Virus record (IMG/VR): IMGVR_UViG_3300007987_000009
Source of the DNA: a virus
Length of the DNA: 64,000 bases
Reading direction: 5' to 3' (one strand)
Position 1 is the first letter of the stretch, and every line of letters begins with the position of its first letter. A model generated the notes under the pieces. The model was not told the DNA's origin, did not search any database, and saw nothing but the letters and a program-made list of their open reading frames with translations. Both the position numbers and the translations under genes were made by a program. Below are positions 1 to 10,058 of the stretch, one piece after another.

Positions 1-138
1 CCCTCCATGATTGCTTTAACTCTGGCTAATCCTATACGACCTTCGATAAATTTTGACAAAAAAAGATTTATAGGCTCATCGTGCAAACTGTCCAAGCATT
101 CTTTGGCATATTTTCGACCTGTTTGAATTACATGCACA

Positions 139-750
139 TCAATCATTTCTTTTCTGTATCTCATTTTTATAGTATTCTACCGCATCTTGCCATTCCTTGG
201 GGTTGTTTTTGTTATTAAAAGTTTTTCTTTTGTGTAAATTGTGTTCATGAATCCTCCAATACATTCCCATGAATGGATCACCCAATACCTTCCCATCATA
301 TATTGCCTTTAGGTTTAATAAAAGCTGGTCTGATGCATATATTCCATCTAGCAAGTGTAACACGGGTAGTATTACGTCCCTCCTATAGACAACAACGTGA
401 TGCATTTGTGCAGCCTGTCCCATCCCCGGTTTTGCTGCAATCTTGCCAAAGCGCTTGCCTTTTACCTGTCTATTTTCGTCTAGATAGTAATGATTGGAGT
501 AATATGCGGTATAGCCCTTTTCCATTACCCGCAATGCTCTCTCAAACACTGTGGGAACAGCAATGTCATCATCATCGAAACAAGAAACATACGGGGAATG
601 TCCTTGCATGAATCCTTTTATTCTGGCTTTTCCGTGATTTCCGTCTACATAATCAACAAAGTGTAGATTTATCGGAGAACCTTCCAAACTTTCCAAACAT
701 TCGTCAAGATATCCTCGGTCATTTTTAATTATATGGACATCAATATTCAC
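139..750 (-). CDS. GT2-family glycosyltransferase
   Basis: YLDECLESL, ARIKGF, CFDDDD (DxD) motifs typical of GT-A fold. Confidence 0.7.
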   Translation of the reverse strand: MNIDVHIIKNDRGYLDECLESLEGSPINLHFVDYVDGNHGKARIKGFMQGHSPYVSCFDDDDIAVPTVFERALRVMEKGYTAYYSNHYYLDENRQVKGKRFGKIAAKPGMGQAAQMHHVVVYRRDVILPVLHLLDGIYASDQLLLNLKAIYDGKVLGDPFMGMYWRIHEHNLHKRKTFNNKNNPKEWQDAVEYYKNEIQKRND

Positions 751-765
751 TAGAATTGTTCCTAT

Positions 766-2406
766 TTAAGGGGCACAATCTTGGCTTCTAGCTTCAATAT
801 TACAAATGGTTACGACATCATAATTATCTATTCTCGTGTAGCTTACTGATATAGACGCGGGGTCTAATGAAGAAACACCATCGAACAGGCCAGAAGTTTC
901 ATCTAATTCATATACAAATGGAACACCGTTTGTTAGTTCAACTGTGTCAACAACAGTTGGTCCTATTAGACTATTAGCATTAATTTGTATATCTACGTCA
1001 ATATTGGGTGTCGGTCCGGACAACAACAGTTCGAATCTTATACCGTGAGACAAAGAAACCCCCGAACCGGAATATTCTATCGGGTTAGTTGAAACTGACG
1101 AACCGAATTCACCATAAACAAAACAGGTTCCGTCAAAATACGGGTTCGACTCAGACCCAAAAACAGACCAATCCGTAGTATCTCCTACCCAACAAAAAGA
1201 CACGCCCGAAGGTGTAGGCGTCACTGTAGGCGTCACTGTAGGCGTTACTGTAGGCGTCACTGTAGGCGTCACTGTAGGGGTAGGTGTCGGTGTAGGTGTT
1301 GGCGCGGTTGACGATGTAATAGACACTGTAGGAGTTGGGGTGCTGGACGGCAACGGAGCCACTACAACATCTTTTTCTATTTTTGGATAGACGACTTCAA
1401 TGTTGGATGGGTCAGAATATAAAACACCATTCACAAACACAAATGATGTATTCTCCGATTTTTGTCCTATTTCGCCAATGTCAATCAATTGTCCCAAATT
1501 CTTATCTGCTTTGTCATATGGACTGTTCGCTAACAATAACAAAAGTTGTTTAGACTTTATTTCACTAAAAGTTTCCGTATCAGGAAATAAATTTATTCCT
1601 TTGATTGTTAGACGAGTCAACTGTGGAATGTCTTGTAATGACTCATAGCGATCTTTTATAACTCTAAAATCTGCTATGTTTTTGGTTTTCACATTGAAGT
1701 TTCGCCTTCTTCTGAAAAGAATTGACCTAAAATCATTCCAAGGCGACAAGCCAGCTTCTAACCCAGATAAGGTTTCGACACAAAAAATAGGCTCTTCATT
1801 CGGTTCTTGCAGAACAATGTCCAACTGTATTGGACCGTTTGTATATATTTCTCGAAATGGCGTTCTATATCTGGATATGACTGCAAAAGATAACGTGTTG
1901 TTGTAAGAAATTTGGGTGAGATTTTCTGTATCTGGAATTGTATCTATACTGTCTTCCGAAATACTTCTGGCAATCAAATGAGCCTGTCCGGTGAAAGATC
2001 CACTAAAAACAATCTCTAGTTCGTTTGAAGATTTGTTTATAACGCTGAATACATTAGAACCCACCGGCACTATTTGTGTCCCATCTTCTGATTCCAGAAA
2101 AACCTTGACGACCGGTTGCGTATTGAGGTTGTGTTTAATTATCCATTTGTCTGATAGAATGCTTTGGTAATGCTTGAAAAATATTTTCCTAGGGGCAAAG
2201 TTTTCAAGATTACCAGCAGGGTCCGCTTCTCGAAAAGCCTCGCGAAAATTGTAAGCGTTTCTAGAGAGTTTATACATTTTACCCCTACAACCTTCGGTTA
2301 TTGTACACGAGCTGAACATGTTCAACCCTCTGGAGTTTTCTAGAAGTTCGATGTCCCTCTTGCAGGTATCACATTGATATTTTATAGTTGCCATGAATAT
2401 ATTCAA
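766..2406 (-). CDS. Putative virion structural protein with Pro/Thr linker
   Basis: 546-aa ORF; WIIKHNLN motif seen in large-phage structural proteins; PTPT/PTVT linker; upstream TAAATA late-promoter motif. Confidence 0.5.
   Translation of the reverse strand: MNIFMATIKYQCDTCKRDIELLENSRGLNMFSSCTITEGCRGKMYKLSRNAYNFREAFREADPAGNLENFAPRKIFFKHYQSILSDKWIIKHNLNTQPVVKVFLESEDGTQIVPVGSNVFSVINKSSNELEIVFSGSFTGQAHLIARSISEDSIDTIPDTENLTQISYNNTLSFAVISRYRTPFREIYTNGPIQLDIVLQEPNEEPIFCVETLSGLEAGLSPWNDFRSILFRRRRNFNVKTKNIADFRVIKDRYESLQDIPQLTRLTIKGINLFPDTETFSEIKSKQLLLLLANSPYDKADKNLGQLIDIGEIGQKSENTSFVFVNGVLYSDPSNIEVVYPKIEKDVVVAPLPSSTPTPTVSITSSTAPTPTPTPTPTVTPTVTPTVTPTVTPTVTPTPSGVSFCWVGDTTDWSVFGSESNPYFDGTCFVYGEFGSSVSTNPIEYSGSGVSLSHGIRFELLLSGPTPNIDVDIQINANSLIGPTVVDTVELTNGVPFVYELDETSGLFDGVSSLDPASISVSYTRIDNYDVVTICNIEARSQDCAP
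1213..1300. repeat. 12-bp tandem repeat (GTAGGCGTCACT) encoding the PTVT linker
   Basis: Directly visible tandem copies. Confidence 0.85.
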
Positions 2407-2538
2407 GCCTTTAAAGTATTTATCTTTAGTATCATGTTATGTATTTGCCGCATAAATATAACTCACACTCTTCTCTTTGAATAAGCAAGTCTTTATACTT
2501 TGTCATTGAGACTGGACAAGATTATTTATATTGGCAAT

Positions 2539-3084
2539 ATGAGCAAGATAATAGAAAACATAAAAAAAGAATGCTCCGATTTTCTTTCTATCACGAGCGT
2601 ATATCCAGCATTGAAAGCGTTCGATGACCATGGGAAATATTTTCGCAAAGTTAAAGTACGCCATAAGAAAAAACCAGTTGGTTTCATTCGCATTATCGGA
2701 GATGCTTTGCAAAAGGAGCATCGGAACATTCACATGCGTTCAGTAGTCGTCAACGGTCCTCATAGTGAAAAAGATGGGATGAAAACACACTACATCTTCC
2801 CGAAAAACGGGTTCAAATTTTTGTTCAATCCTAGAATCAATGATCACGAAGAGTATCGATACTCTTATACCAAATTGTTAGGATTAGATTTGGTCGACAA
2901 AGGAAAAGCTTTAGAAATGATGGAAGATTCAATCGAATACGCATACACCTCAGACAATACGTCATTGAACGATGCGTTAAAATCCAAGAAAGAAATTATC
3001 TTTTATGGAATGCAGTATTATTACACGGTGTCTTCCGAAAAATACCCATGCTACAACGAGTTGATACGACTCTTGCAAAAGTAA
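2539..3084 (+). CDS. Hypothetical protein
   Basis: Long ORF; ATG at 2539. Confidence 0.6.
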   Translation: MSKIIENIKKECSDFLSITSVYPALKAFDDHGKYFRKVKVRHKKKPVGFIRIIGDALQKEHRNIHMRSVVVNGPHSEKDGMKTHYIFPKNGFKFLFNPRINDHEEYRYSYTKLLGLDLVDKGKALEMMEDSIEYAYTSDNTSLNDALKSKKEIIFYGMQYYYTVSSEKYPCYNELIRLLQK

Positions 3085-3177
3085 AGACATAAGTATAAGA
3101 TACTCAAAGAATATTTCTTGAAAGACCCCTTCGGGTCTAAATAATCATCACCCAGCGCCCAACAATTAGGAGAAAGA

Positions 3178-4848
3178 ATGAACGCTAAAAAAGAAATTTT
3201 GGTAGAAAAGCGAGACGGAAGAAAAGAACCCCTAGACCTAGATAAGATACACAAAATATTGACATGGGCTTGCGAAGATGTAACCGGTGTTTCGGTATCC
3301 GACATCGCAATTAAAAGCCAGTTACAGTTTTTTGATGGAATGAAGGCAACCGAGATTCATTCTACATTGACTAAAACGGCGGCAGATTTAATATCTGAGG
3401 ACGCCCCAAATTATCAATACGTTGCAGCCAAATTGATTAACTTTAATCTCAGGAAAGAAGTATACGGTATGATTACCCCGTGGCCAATTAAAAAATTGGT
3501 AGAGAAGAATGTCGCAACCGGCTATTACACGAAAGAACTTCTTGAATGGTATGATGATCAAGAGTGGCGCAAGATGGACAAGATGATCAAACATGACCGG
3601 GATTTCGAATTTTCTTACACAGGAATGAAACAACTTTTAGGAAAATATCTTGTCCAAAACCGCGTAACAAAAGAATACTACGAAACACCACAGATGGCAT
3701 ACATGCTAATTGCAGCAACTCTTTTCCATGGCTATCCCGAAGACACTCGAATGAAGTTCGTAAAAGAATATTACGATGCCTTGAGTAAGTGGGACATTTC
3801 TGTTCCTACACCGATTTTAGCGGGAGTAAGAACACCTACCAAACAGTTCAGTTCTTGTGTATTAATTAATTCTGGTGACTCACTTTCCAGTATAAACGCA
3901 ACAGCTTCTTCTATCGTAAATTACGTTTCACGTAAAGCAGGGATTGGCATAAACGCTGGTAGGATCAGAGCAGTTGGTTCTGAGATTAGAAACGGAGAGA
4001 TCAAACACACTGGGGTCATTCCTTTCTTGAAATATTTTCATGCTGCGCTAAAAAGTTGTAGTCAAGGTGGGGTTAGGGGAGGTGCTGCGACTGTGTATTG
4101 GCCTTTCTTTCATTACGAGTTTGAAAATCTTATTGTTCTGAAAAACAATAAAGGGGTCGAAGAGAATAGAATCAGACATATGGACTACGGAGTACAATTA
4201 AACAGATTGGCGTATAAAAGGTTGATAGAGGGTGGGAAAATAACTTTCTTTTCTCCCCACGAGGTTCCAGACTTGATGGACGCATTCTATTCCGGAGATA
4301 ACGATGAATTTGAAAGAATATACGAAAAATATGAGAGAAGTAGAAAGATAAAAATGAAATACAGTCTACCGGCTCTAGAAGTGTTTGGTACGATAATGGA
4401 TGAAAGAGTCTCGACGGGTCGTATCTACATCCAAAATATCGATCATTGTAACACACAAGGGTCTTTCATATCGAAACTTCATCCTATAGAACAGAGCAAT
4501 TTGTGTGTGGTTGGGGATACAACGATAGATGTCTTACTGGATGACGAAATCCTTGAAACTATAATAATAGAAGATTTGGCTAAGTATCTGGTTGCTCATA
4601 GAAGCGTTAAAGTGAAATCATATGATTTGAATACCGGTACCGAAGTATATAGTGAAATAACGGATTTTGCACAAACCGGAATTAGTGAAGAACTTATCAC
4701 CATAACGTGTGAAAAAAGTGGAAAATCCGTAACCTGCACTGGTGAACATAAAATATTTACTATGAACAGAGGCTATGTTGAAGCTAAGAACTTGCGTGAA
4801 GACGATGTTCTTAAAATATTTATGGGCAATACAATATCCAAACACTAA
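3178..4848 (+). CDS. nrdA: Class Ia ribonucleotide reductase alpha, fragment 1 (ATP cone to QSNL) + split-intein N-half 1 (4504-4845)
   Basis: ATP cone VEKRDG; PTPILAGVRT, FSSCVL, SQGGVRGGAA, QSNL; then intein block A CVVGDT and block B TGEHKIFT, then stop. Confidence 0.95.
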   Translation: MNAKKEILVEKRDGRKEPLDLDKIHKILTWACEDVTGVSVSDIAIKSQLQFFDGMKATEIHSTLTKTAADLISEDAPNYQYVAAKLINFNLRKEVYGMITPWPIKKLVEKNVATGYYTKELLEWYDDQEWRKMDKMIKHDRDFEFSYTGMKQLLGKYLVQNRVTKEYYETPQMAYMLIAATLFHGYPEDTRMKFVKEYYDALSKWDISVPTPILAGVRTPTKQFSSCVLINSGDSLSSINATASSIVNYVSRKAGIGINAGRIRAVGSEIRNGEIKHTGVIPFLKYFHAALKSCSQGGVRGGAATVYWPFFHYEFENLIVLKNNKGVEENRIRHMDYGVQLNRLAYKRLIEGGKITFFSPHEVPDLMDAFYSGDNDEFERIYEKYERSRKIKMKYSLPALEVFGTIMDERVSTGRIYIQNIDHCNTQGSFISKLHPIEQSNLCVVGDTTIDVLLDDEILETIIIEDLAKYLVAHRSVKVKSYDLNTGTEVYSEITDFAQTGISEELITITCEKSGKSVTCTGEHKIFTMNRGYVEAKNLREDDVLKIFMGNTISKH

Positions 4849-4864
4849 ATAAAGATACACGGAA

Positions 4865-5794
4865 ATGACATTACCGACTATGAATTACGAGAAAATCTAT
4901 AACAATTTCATTATAGACTTTATTAACACTGATGTTAAGACTAGGATAATTCGAAGAAACCCGAGGGATTTGAGGCTCAATTCTGATAATTTATATGTTG
5001 AAAGACATCATATAGTTCCTAGATCAGAGGGAGGAATGGACAGTGAAGATAACATCGTGTCCCTCTTACCAGAAGAACACTTGTTTATACACTACTTGCG
5101 TTATAAAGTTTATGGGAAATATAATGATATTTGTGCCGTAAATCTAATGCTAAATGGCTTTTTTGGAAAAAAGTTGGAAGATATTCATGTTAACAAAATA
5201 CTGAGGAAAAAGTTTAAATACCAAAGAGAAGCTTTTTCTAGATTTATCAAAGCCAACAATTCCGGTCACCCAAGAATTTCTGAAGCTAGGAGAGGAAAAA
5301 TGCCTGTCAAGGATTTCATCACTGGAGAAATGATAGGCTCAGTTGATGTAAATCACGAAAATGTTCTGGGCGGAAAATGGGTTCACCATTCTAAAGGAAA
5401 AAGTTTAAAAAAAGATCAAAAAGAATATTTGAGCAAAAGGAATCGGGGATTAAAAAACTTTAATGCTCACAATATAAAGAACGAAGAGTACCTTGAACAG
5501 ACTATAGATTACATAAAGACTTGTTCCGATGGAAGGTTTATAAAATCTGAGTACAAGAAGTACTGCGAAGAAAAAAATTTAATTTACATAATAAACTTTT
5601 CTAAGCACCGTTGGAACGGGTCTAGGAAAAAATTTATTGAAGCGCTACGTAAAGAATGCAATAATCGTGGGATAGAGTTTGAATATGATCGTTATTATCG
5701 ATCTTCCCAACAAAAACAACAGATACGAGAAAGTAGTCTTGGAAAAAAAAGATTTTACCACCCGGACGGATCATTCACACTACAAAGGAAATAA
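4865..5794 (+). CDS. Free-standing HNH homing endonuclease in first nrdA break
   Basis: ERHHIVPRSEGG..N...EEHLFIH HNH motif; lies between intein halves. Confidence 0.85.
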   Translation: MTLPTMNYEKIYNNFIIDFINTDVKTRIIRRNPRDLRLNSDNLYVERHHIVPRSEGGMDSEDNIVSLLPEEHLFIHYLRYKVYGKYNDICAVNLMLNGFFGKKLEDIHVNKILRKKFKYQREAFSRFIKANNSGHPRISEARRGKMPVKDFITGEMIGSVDVNHENVLGGKWVHHSKGKSLKKDQKEYLSKRNRGLKNFNAHNIKNEEYLEQTIDYIKTCSDGRFIKSEYKKYCEEKNLIYIINFSKHRWNGSRKKFIEALRKECNNRGIEFEYDRYYRSSQQKQQIRESSLGKKRFYHPDGSFTLQRK

Positions 5795-5799
5795 TACAA

Positions 5800-6798
5800 A
5801 TGTTAACAATAACTAAACAGAAAATAACCAGACCCGTTTATGACATTACAGTAAAAGATACGTCAAATTTTTATGCGAATAATATACTAGTACACAACTG
5901 TGCGGAGATAACTTTGCCCACAACGCCTTTTGAGGGCGTCAATGACGAAAATGGTAGAATAGCTTTATGCACCCTCTCTGCTATAAATTGGGGAAATATC
6001 AAAAAGCCTGAAGATTTTGAAAAACCATGTGAGTTAGCAGTAAGGGCATTAGACTCTCTATTAACGTACCAAGATTTTCCTGCCATACAAGCAGAGCTTT
6101 CGACAAAAGAATTTAGAACTTTGGGTATAGGAATTATAAACTTGGCGTACTTTTTAGCCAAAAATAATATGCGTTATGACGGGTCTGCATTCGAGACAGT
6201 AGATGAATACATGGAAGCAATGGCGTTCTATTTGACCAAAGCTTCTGTACAACTTGCTAAAGAGCAAGGTCCTTGTGAACTTTCGGCAGAAACAAAATAT
6301 GGGATAGGGCAGTTCCCTTGGGAAAACCGCAAGAAAGAAATAGACGAGATCATACCACATAAGACCCGCTTTGACTGGGAAGGTCTACGATCCGAGATGG
6401 CACAGTATGGTATTAGAAATGCTACGTTGATGGCTCTGATGCCTAGCGAATGCCAGAGCTTGGACAACGAGATACTAATGAAAGACGGTTCTAAAACAAC
6501 ACTCGAAAAACTAATCCGAGAGTACGGAAACATTTCCATAGAAGACATTCATAGCAACCCGTTTATGATTGGACAACGGTTTTCTTTCCTGAAACCCGTA
6601 GAGTTGTCTGACTCTATAGCTCACGAGTTTTATTACAATGGACCTAAAGAAATCATTGAAATAGAATTTGAAGACGGATCATCATACAAGTTCACTGAAA
6701 ATCATAGATTGTTAGTTGATAGGGGCGGAAGCAGCCAATGGATCGAGATCAAGGATTTAAGAGAAAATGACAATGTAGTTAGCGTTAATACTAAATAA
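5800..6798 (+). CDS. nrdA: NrdA fragment 2: C-intein 1 (5800-5898) + extein CAEITLP..ALMPSE + N-intein 2 (6451-6795)
   Basis: VYDITV..NFYANNILVHN/C splice junction; ALCTLSAIN, LGIGIINLA, RNATLMALMPSE; then CQSLDNEI and FTENHRLLV intein blocks. Confidence 0.93.
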   Translation: MLTITKQKITRPVYDITVKDTSNFYANNILVHNCAEITLPTTPFEGVNDENGRIALCTLSAINWGNIKKPEDFEKPCELAVRALDSLLTYQDFPAIQAELSTKEFRTLGIGIINLAYFLAKNNMRYDGSAFETVDEYMEAMAFYLTKASVQLAKEQGPCELSAETKYGIGQFPWENRKKEIDEIIPHKTRFDWEGLRSEMAQYGIRNATLMALMPSECQSLDNEILMKDGSKTTLEKLIREYGNISIEDIHSNPFMIGQRFSFLKPVELSDSIAHEFYYNGPKEIIEIEFEDGSSYKFTENHRLLVDRGGSSQWIEIKDLRENDNVVSVNTK

Positions 6799-6849
6799 AA
6801 AAGTAACGGCATTAACGCCAACTTGGAAGACCGGGGGGGGGGTATTGGC

Positions 6850-7845
6850 ATGACTAAAAAATTTAATCCGTATGATCCGAAATATGTAATGAAGCGAGAC
6901 AATTGTTCTTTGGAAGAAGCAGAAAAAACTATTTGGTTGTTGAAAGAAAAGAATGCGTGGAATAGAGGGAAGAAGATAAAAAAAGCCAACCCATATGATC
7001 CGAAATATGTAATGAAGCGAGACAATTGTTCTTTGGAAGAAGCAGAAAAAACTATAGAACAATTTAAAAGGTCTAAAGCAACATCTAAGGACAACTTTGT
7101 AAAAAGATATGGCAAAGTCGAAGGACTAAAAAAATATGAGTCTTGGGCAGAAAAAACCTTACGAAGTGGGTGGGAATTGGCCAAAGAAAATGGAAGGGCA
7201 CAATCTCCGCGCTGTAAGGAATTTTACATGAAACGGGGCTTGGATGAATCTACTTCGATTGAAAAAGCGAAAGAATATCAAAGAGAAAATAGCCCACTCC
7301 ATGTAGAGTATTACATTAAGCGCGGAAAATCATTGGAGTACGCGAAAAAGAATATAAGAAAAATACACGACAAAAAGAAAGGAATAGACTCTTATGCAGA
7401 ATATTTGAAAAAAACTACAGAAATGACTGAAGTGGAGATAAAAGAAAAAATACGAGAGGTCAGGGGCCATAATTCTAAGAAAAAGCTAACCGACGAAGAA
7501 TTTTCTGCTAGAATGAAAAAATTGAGGAAAACCATGGAAGATTCTGGGATTTGGGTGCCATATGAATCCTTGACAGAATATGAATCCTATAAAAGAGAAG
7601 TATGGTCGCATACCAATCAAAATGACCTATCTGAATTAAAGAATTTTTATCTTAGAGGAAAAGCTGGGGAGGATGGAGCATACCATCTAGATCACAAATT
7701 TTCTATATCTAGGGGATTTATAGAAGGTATACCGCCAGAAATTATAGGCGACAAGAAGAATTTGGAATTTATTCCTTGGGAGGAAAATCTGTCTAAACAA
7801 GGAAAATGTACAATAACAATAGAGGAATTACACAATGAAAATTAA
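6850..7845 (+). CDS. Free-standing homing endonuclease (C-terminal HNH) in second nrdA break
   Basis: YHLDHKFSISRGF..NLEFIPWEENLSK; duplicated N-terminal NPYDPKYVMKRDNCSLEEAEKTI. Confidence 0.8.
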   Translation: MTKKFNPYDPKYVMKRDNCSLEEAEKTIWLLKEKNAWNRGKKIKKANPYDPKYVMKRDNCSLEEAEKTIEQFKRSKATSKDNFVKRYGKVEGLKKYESWAEKTLRSGWELAKENGRAQSPRCKEFYMKRGLDESTSIEKAKEYQRENSPLHVEYYIKRGKSLEYAKKNIRKIHDKKKGIDSYAEYLKKTTEMTEVEIKEKIREVRGHNSKKKLTDEEFSARMKKLRKTMEDSGIWVPYESLTEYESYKREVWSHTNQNDLSELKNFYLRGKAGEDGAYHLDHKFSISRGFIEGIPPEIIGDKKNLEFIPWEENLSKQGKCTITIEELHNEN

Positions 7846-8374
7846 AAGCATAAAACGAAATGTGGGCGTAGAACACACTTGGGATATATCTACGGATACC
7901 GAACAATACGCCCTATCAAATGGATCGATAAGTCACAATACTTCTTCACAATTAGCTAATGCCACCAACGGCGTAGAGCCGCCCAGAGGGTTGATCAGCG
8001 AGAAAAGTTCTAAGGACGGCAAAATGAAACAGGTGGTTCCTGAAATCTATCGCCTGAAGAACAAGTACGATCTTCTATGGGAACAAAAGTCACCAGATGG
8101 TTATTTGAGGATAATGAACATTATACAAAAGTATGTTGACCAAACCATTTCGGCAAATGTCAGCATCAATCCAGAAAACTATCCGGACAATAAGGTCCCT
8201 CTTCAGGAGCTTTTAAAGCAACTCCTTGAGTTTTACAAATATGGTGGCAAGACCTTATACTATCACAATACTTATGATGGTGCCGGGGAAGAAAAGGAAG
8301 AAGTCGAAGTAGTATTAGAGCCCAAGACCGAGGAACTTGACGATGAAGAAGGTTGTTCTTCATGCATATTATAA
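7835..8374 (+). CDS. nrdA: NrdA fragment 3: C-intein 2 (7835-7939) + C-terminal extein
   Basis: TWDIST..YALSNGSISHN/T junction; TSSQLANATNGVEP, KTLYY, C-terminal CSSC redox pair. Confidence 0.93.
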   Translation: MKIKSIKRNVGVEHTWDISTDTEQYALSNGSISHNTSSQLANATNGVEPPRGLISEKSSKDGKMKQVVPEIYRLKNKYDLLWEQKSPDGYLRIMNIIQKYVDQTISANVSINPENYPDNKVPLQELLKQLLEFYKYGGKTLYYHNTYDGAGEEKEEVEVVLEPKTEELDDEEGCSSCIL

Positions 8375-8396
8375 AGTATAATAACTAAGGAAAGAT

Positions 8397-9512
8397 ATGA
8401 CTAAAAGCGTTTATAACCCAGACAACAAAAAGTCTCACAAGAAATGTACAATGTTCTTGGATGATCAAAATACTTCGGTAACGATAGCTCGTTATGACGA
8501 CGTTAAATATCCAAAAGCCACTAAGATGTATGAAAAACAACTTAGTTTCTTTTGGCGTCCAGAAGAAATTAACATATCAAGAGACGCCAAAGATTTTAGG
8601 GACCTGTCAGATCACGAGAAACATATATTTTTGTCTAATTTGAAAAGACAGATTCTCTTAGACTCTGTTCAAGGAAGATCACCGAATCTAGCGTTTCTTC
8701 CCATAACAACATTACCGGAAATAGAATCTTTCATCGAGGTGTGGTCCTTTGTTGAAGGTATTCACAATCAATCGTACACTCACATTATCCGCAACGTATT
8801 GCCGAACCCGTCTATGGTGTTTGATGAAATAAACAACATACCGGAAATTCTGGAATGTGCCTCCGACATCAGCAAACATTATGATAATTTGATAGCTATC
8901 ACTAACTACGTCGATGTTAATGGGTATGACGCACCAGTCAGCAAATATGAACACAAAAAAGCCCTATGGATGGCATTGATGGCCGTCAACATTTTGGAAG
9001 GGATCAGGTTTTATGTGAGCTTTGCTTGTTCGTGGGCTTTTGCTGAACAGGACAAGATGGAAGGGAATGCCAAAATAATAAAGTTCATTTGCAGGGACGA
9101 AAATTTGCATCTGGGGTTCACACAATTCTTGCTGAATACTTTAGAAAAAGATGACCCAGATTTTATAAAAATACGTAGCGAAACCGAAGAAGATTGTGTC
9201 CAAATGTTTATTAGTGCTGTAGATCAGGAAAAAGCATGGGCCGATTATCTCTTCAAAGACGGGTCTATGCTAGGACTGAACGCACAACTGTTGAAAGATT
9301 ATGTAGAATGGATTGCAAACAAACGAATGACAAGAATCGGGTTGAGTAGTCCATACGTGGTGCCTAGAGACAATCCTCTATCGTGGACAGAATCGTGGAT
9401 AGCTGGCCGAGAAACACAAAACGCCCCACAGGAAGTTGAGATATCAACGTATCTTGTTGGTGAAGTAGACAAAAAAGTAGAAAACGAGGCTTTTAAAAAT
9501 TTCAGTTTATGA
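8397..9512 (+). CDS. nrdB: Class Ia ribonucleotide reductase beta subunit
   Basis: FFWRPEE, LLDSVQGRSP, EGIHNQSY, EGIRFYVSF, RDENLH, APQE motifs. Confidence 0.96.
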   Translation: MTKSVYNPDNKKSHKKCTMFLDDQNTSVTIARYDDVKYPKATKMYEKQLSFFWRPEEINISRDAKDFRDLSDHEKHIFLSNLKRQILLDSVQGRSPNLAFLPITTLPEIESFIEVWSFVEGIHNQSYTHIIRNVLPNPSMVFDEINNIPEILECASDISKHYDNLIAITNYVDVNGYDAPVSKYEHKKALWMALMAVNILEGIRFYVSFACSWAFAEQDKMEGNAKIIKFICRDENLHLGFTQFLLNTLEKDDPDFIKIRSETEEDCVQMFISAVDQEKAWADYLFKDGSMLGLNAQLLKDYVEWIANKRMTRIGLSSPYVVPRDNPLSWTESWIAGRETQNAPQEVEISTYLVGEVDKKVENEAFKNFSL

Positions 9513-9584
9513 TATCGTTAAATAACTTTGTTATTAATTCTACCCGAATAATATATAAATACAAACAGTATCCGAGACAAAAAA

Positions 9585-10013
9585 TTGAAACTAACAGAAA
9601 TAATGAACCCAACTGATTCTGGTCCAAAAAGAATTGCTGTATACCAAACAGACCATGAGTTCCTTCCAACTCATCGTAAATTCGTTGCAGAAGGAAGTAT
9701 TGTTGTGGATTTGGATGAAAAAAGAACTCCCTCGTTGTTTTCAGACCCCGCATATTTTTTGAATGGTGTGCAGGGGTGGGAGGGAACAGCTTACTTTACT
9801 AATTTATATGGTGAGTATATAAAAGGAAAAAGAGATCATTGGGGAAAAGTCATACAGCCAGACCAGATAAAAAATCTGAAATACGATTTGTTTGTACATC
9901 TTACATATGGGGAAAAACAGGGAGCACTTTTCTCGGAAGTCGATTCGACTCACAAAGAAGAGATTGAAAGAGTAGCATATCCTAAATTGCTGGAAGCCAT
10001 TAAAGAGCTATAA
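9585..10013 (+). CDS. Hypothetical late protein
   Basis: ORF downstream of TATAAATA; MKLTEI-type N-terminus. Confidence 0.55.
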   Translation: MKLTEIMNPTDSGPKRIAVYQTDHEFLPTHRKFVAEGSIVVDLDEKRTPSLFSDPAYFLNGVQGWEGTAYFTNLYGEYIKGKRDHWGKVIQPDQIKNLKYDLFVHLTYGEKQGALFSEVDSTHKEEIERVAYPKLLEAIKEL

Positions 10014-10038
10014 AAAGCCGGGAGGTCCCGGCTTTTTT
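10012..10038. terminator. Bidirectional intrinsic terminator
   Basis: AAAAAGCCGGGA-GG-TCCCGGCTTTTTT between convergent genes. Confidence 0.85.
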
Positions 10039-10058
10039 GTTTAATGTTAGACTTCTCA

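Noticed and set aside
4848-7845. Group I introns in nrdA
   Set aside because: Spacers between ORFs are too short for a ribozyme core, and intein blocks with HN/C and HN/T junctions explain the breaks.
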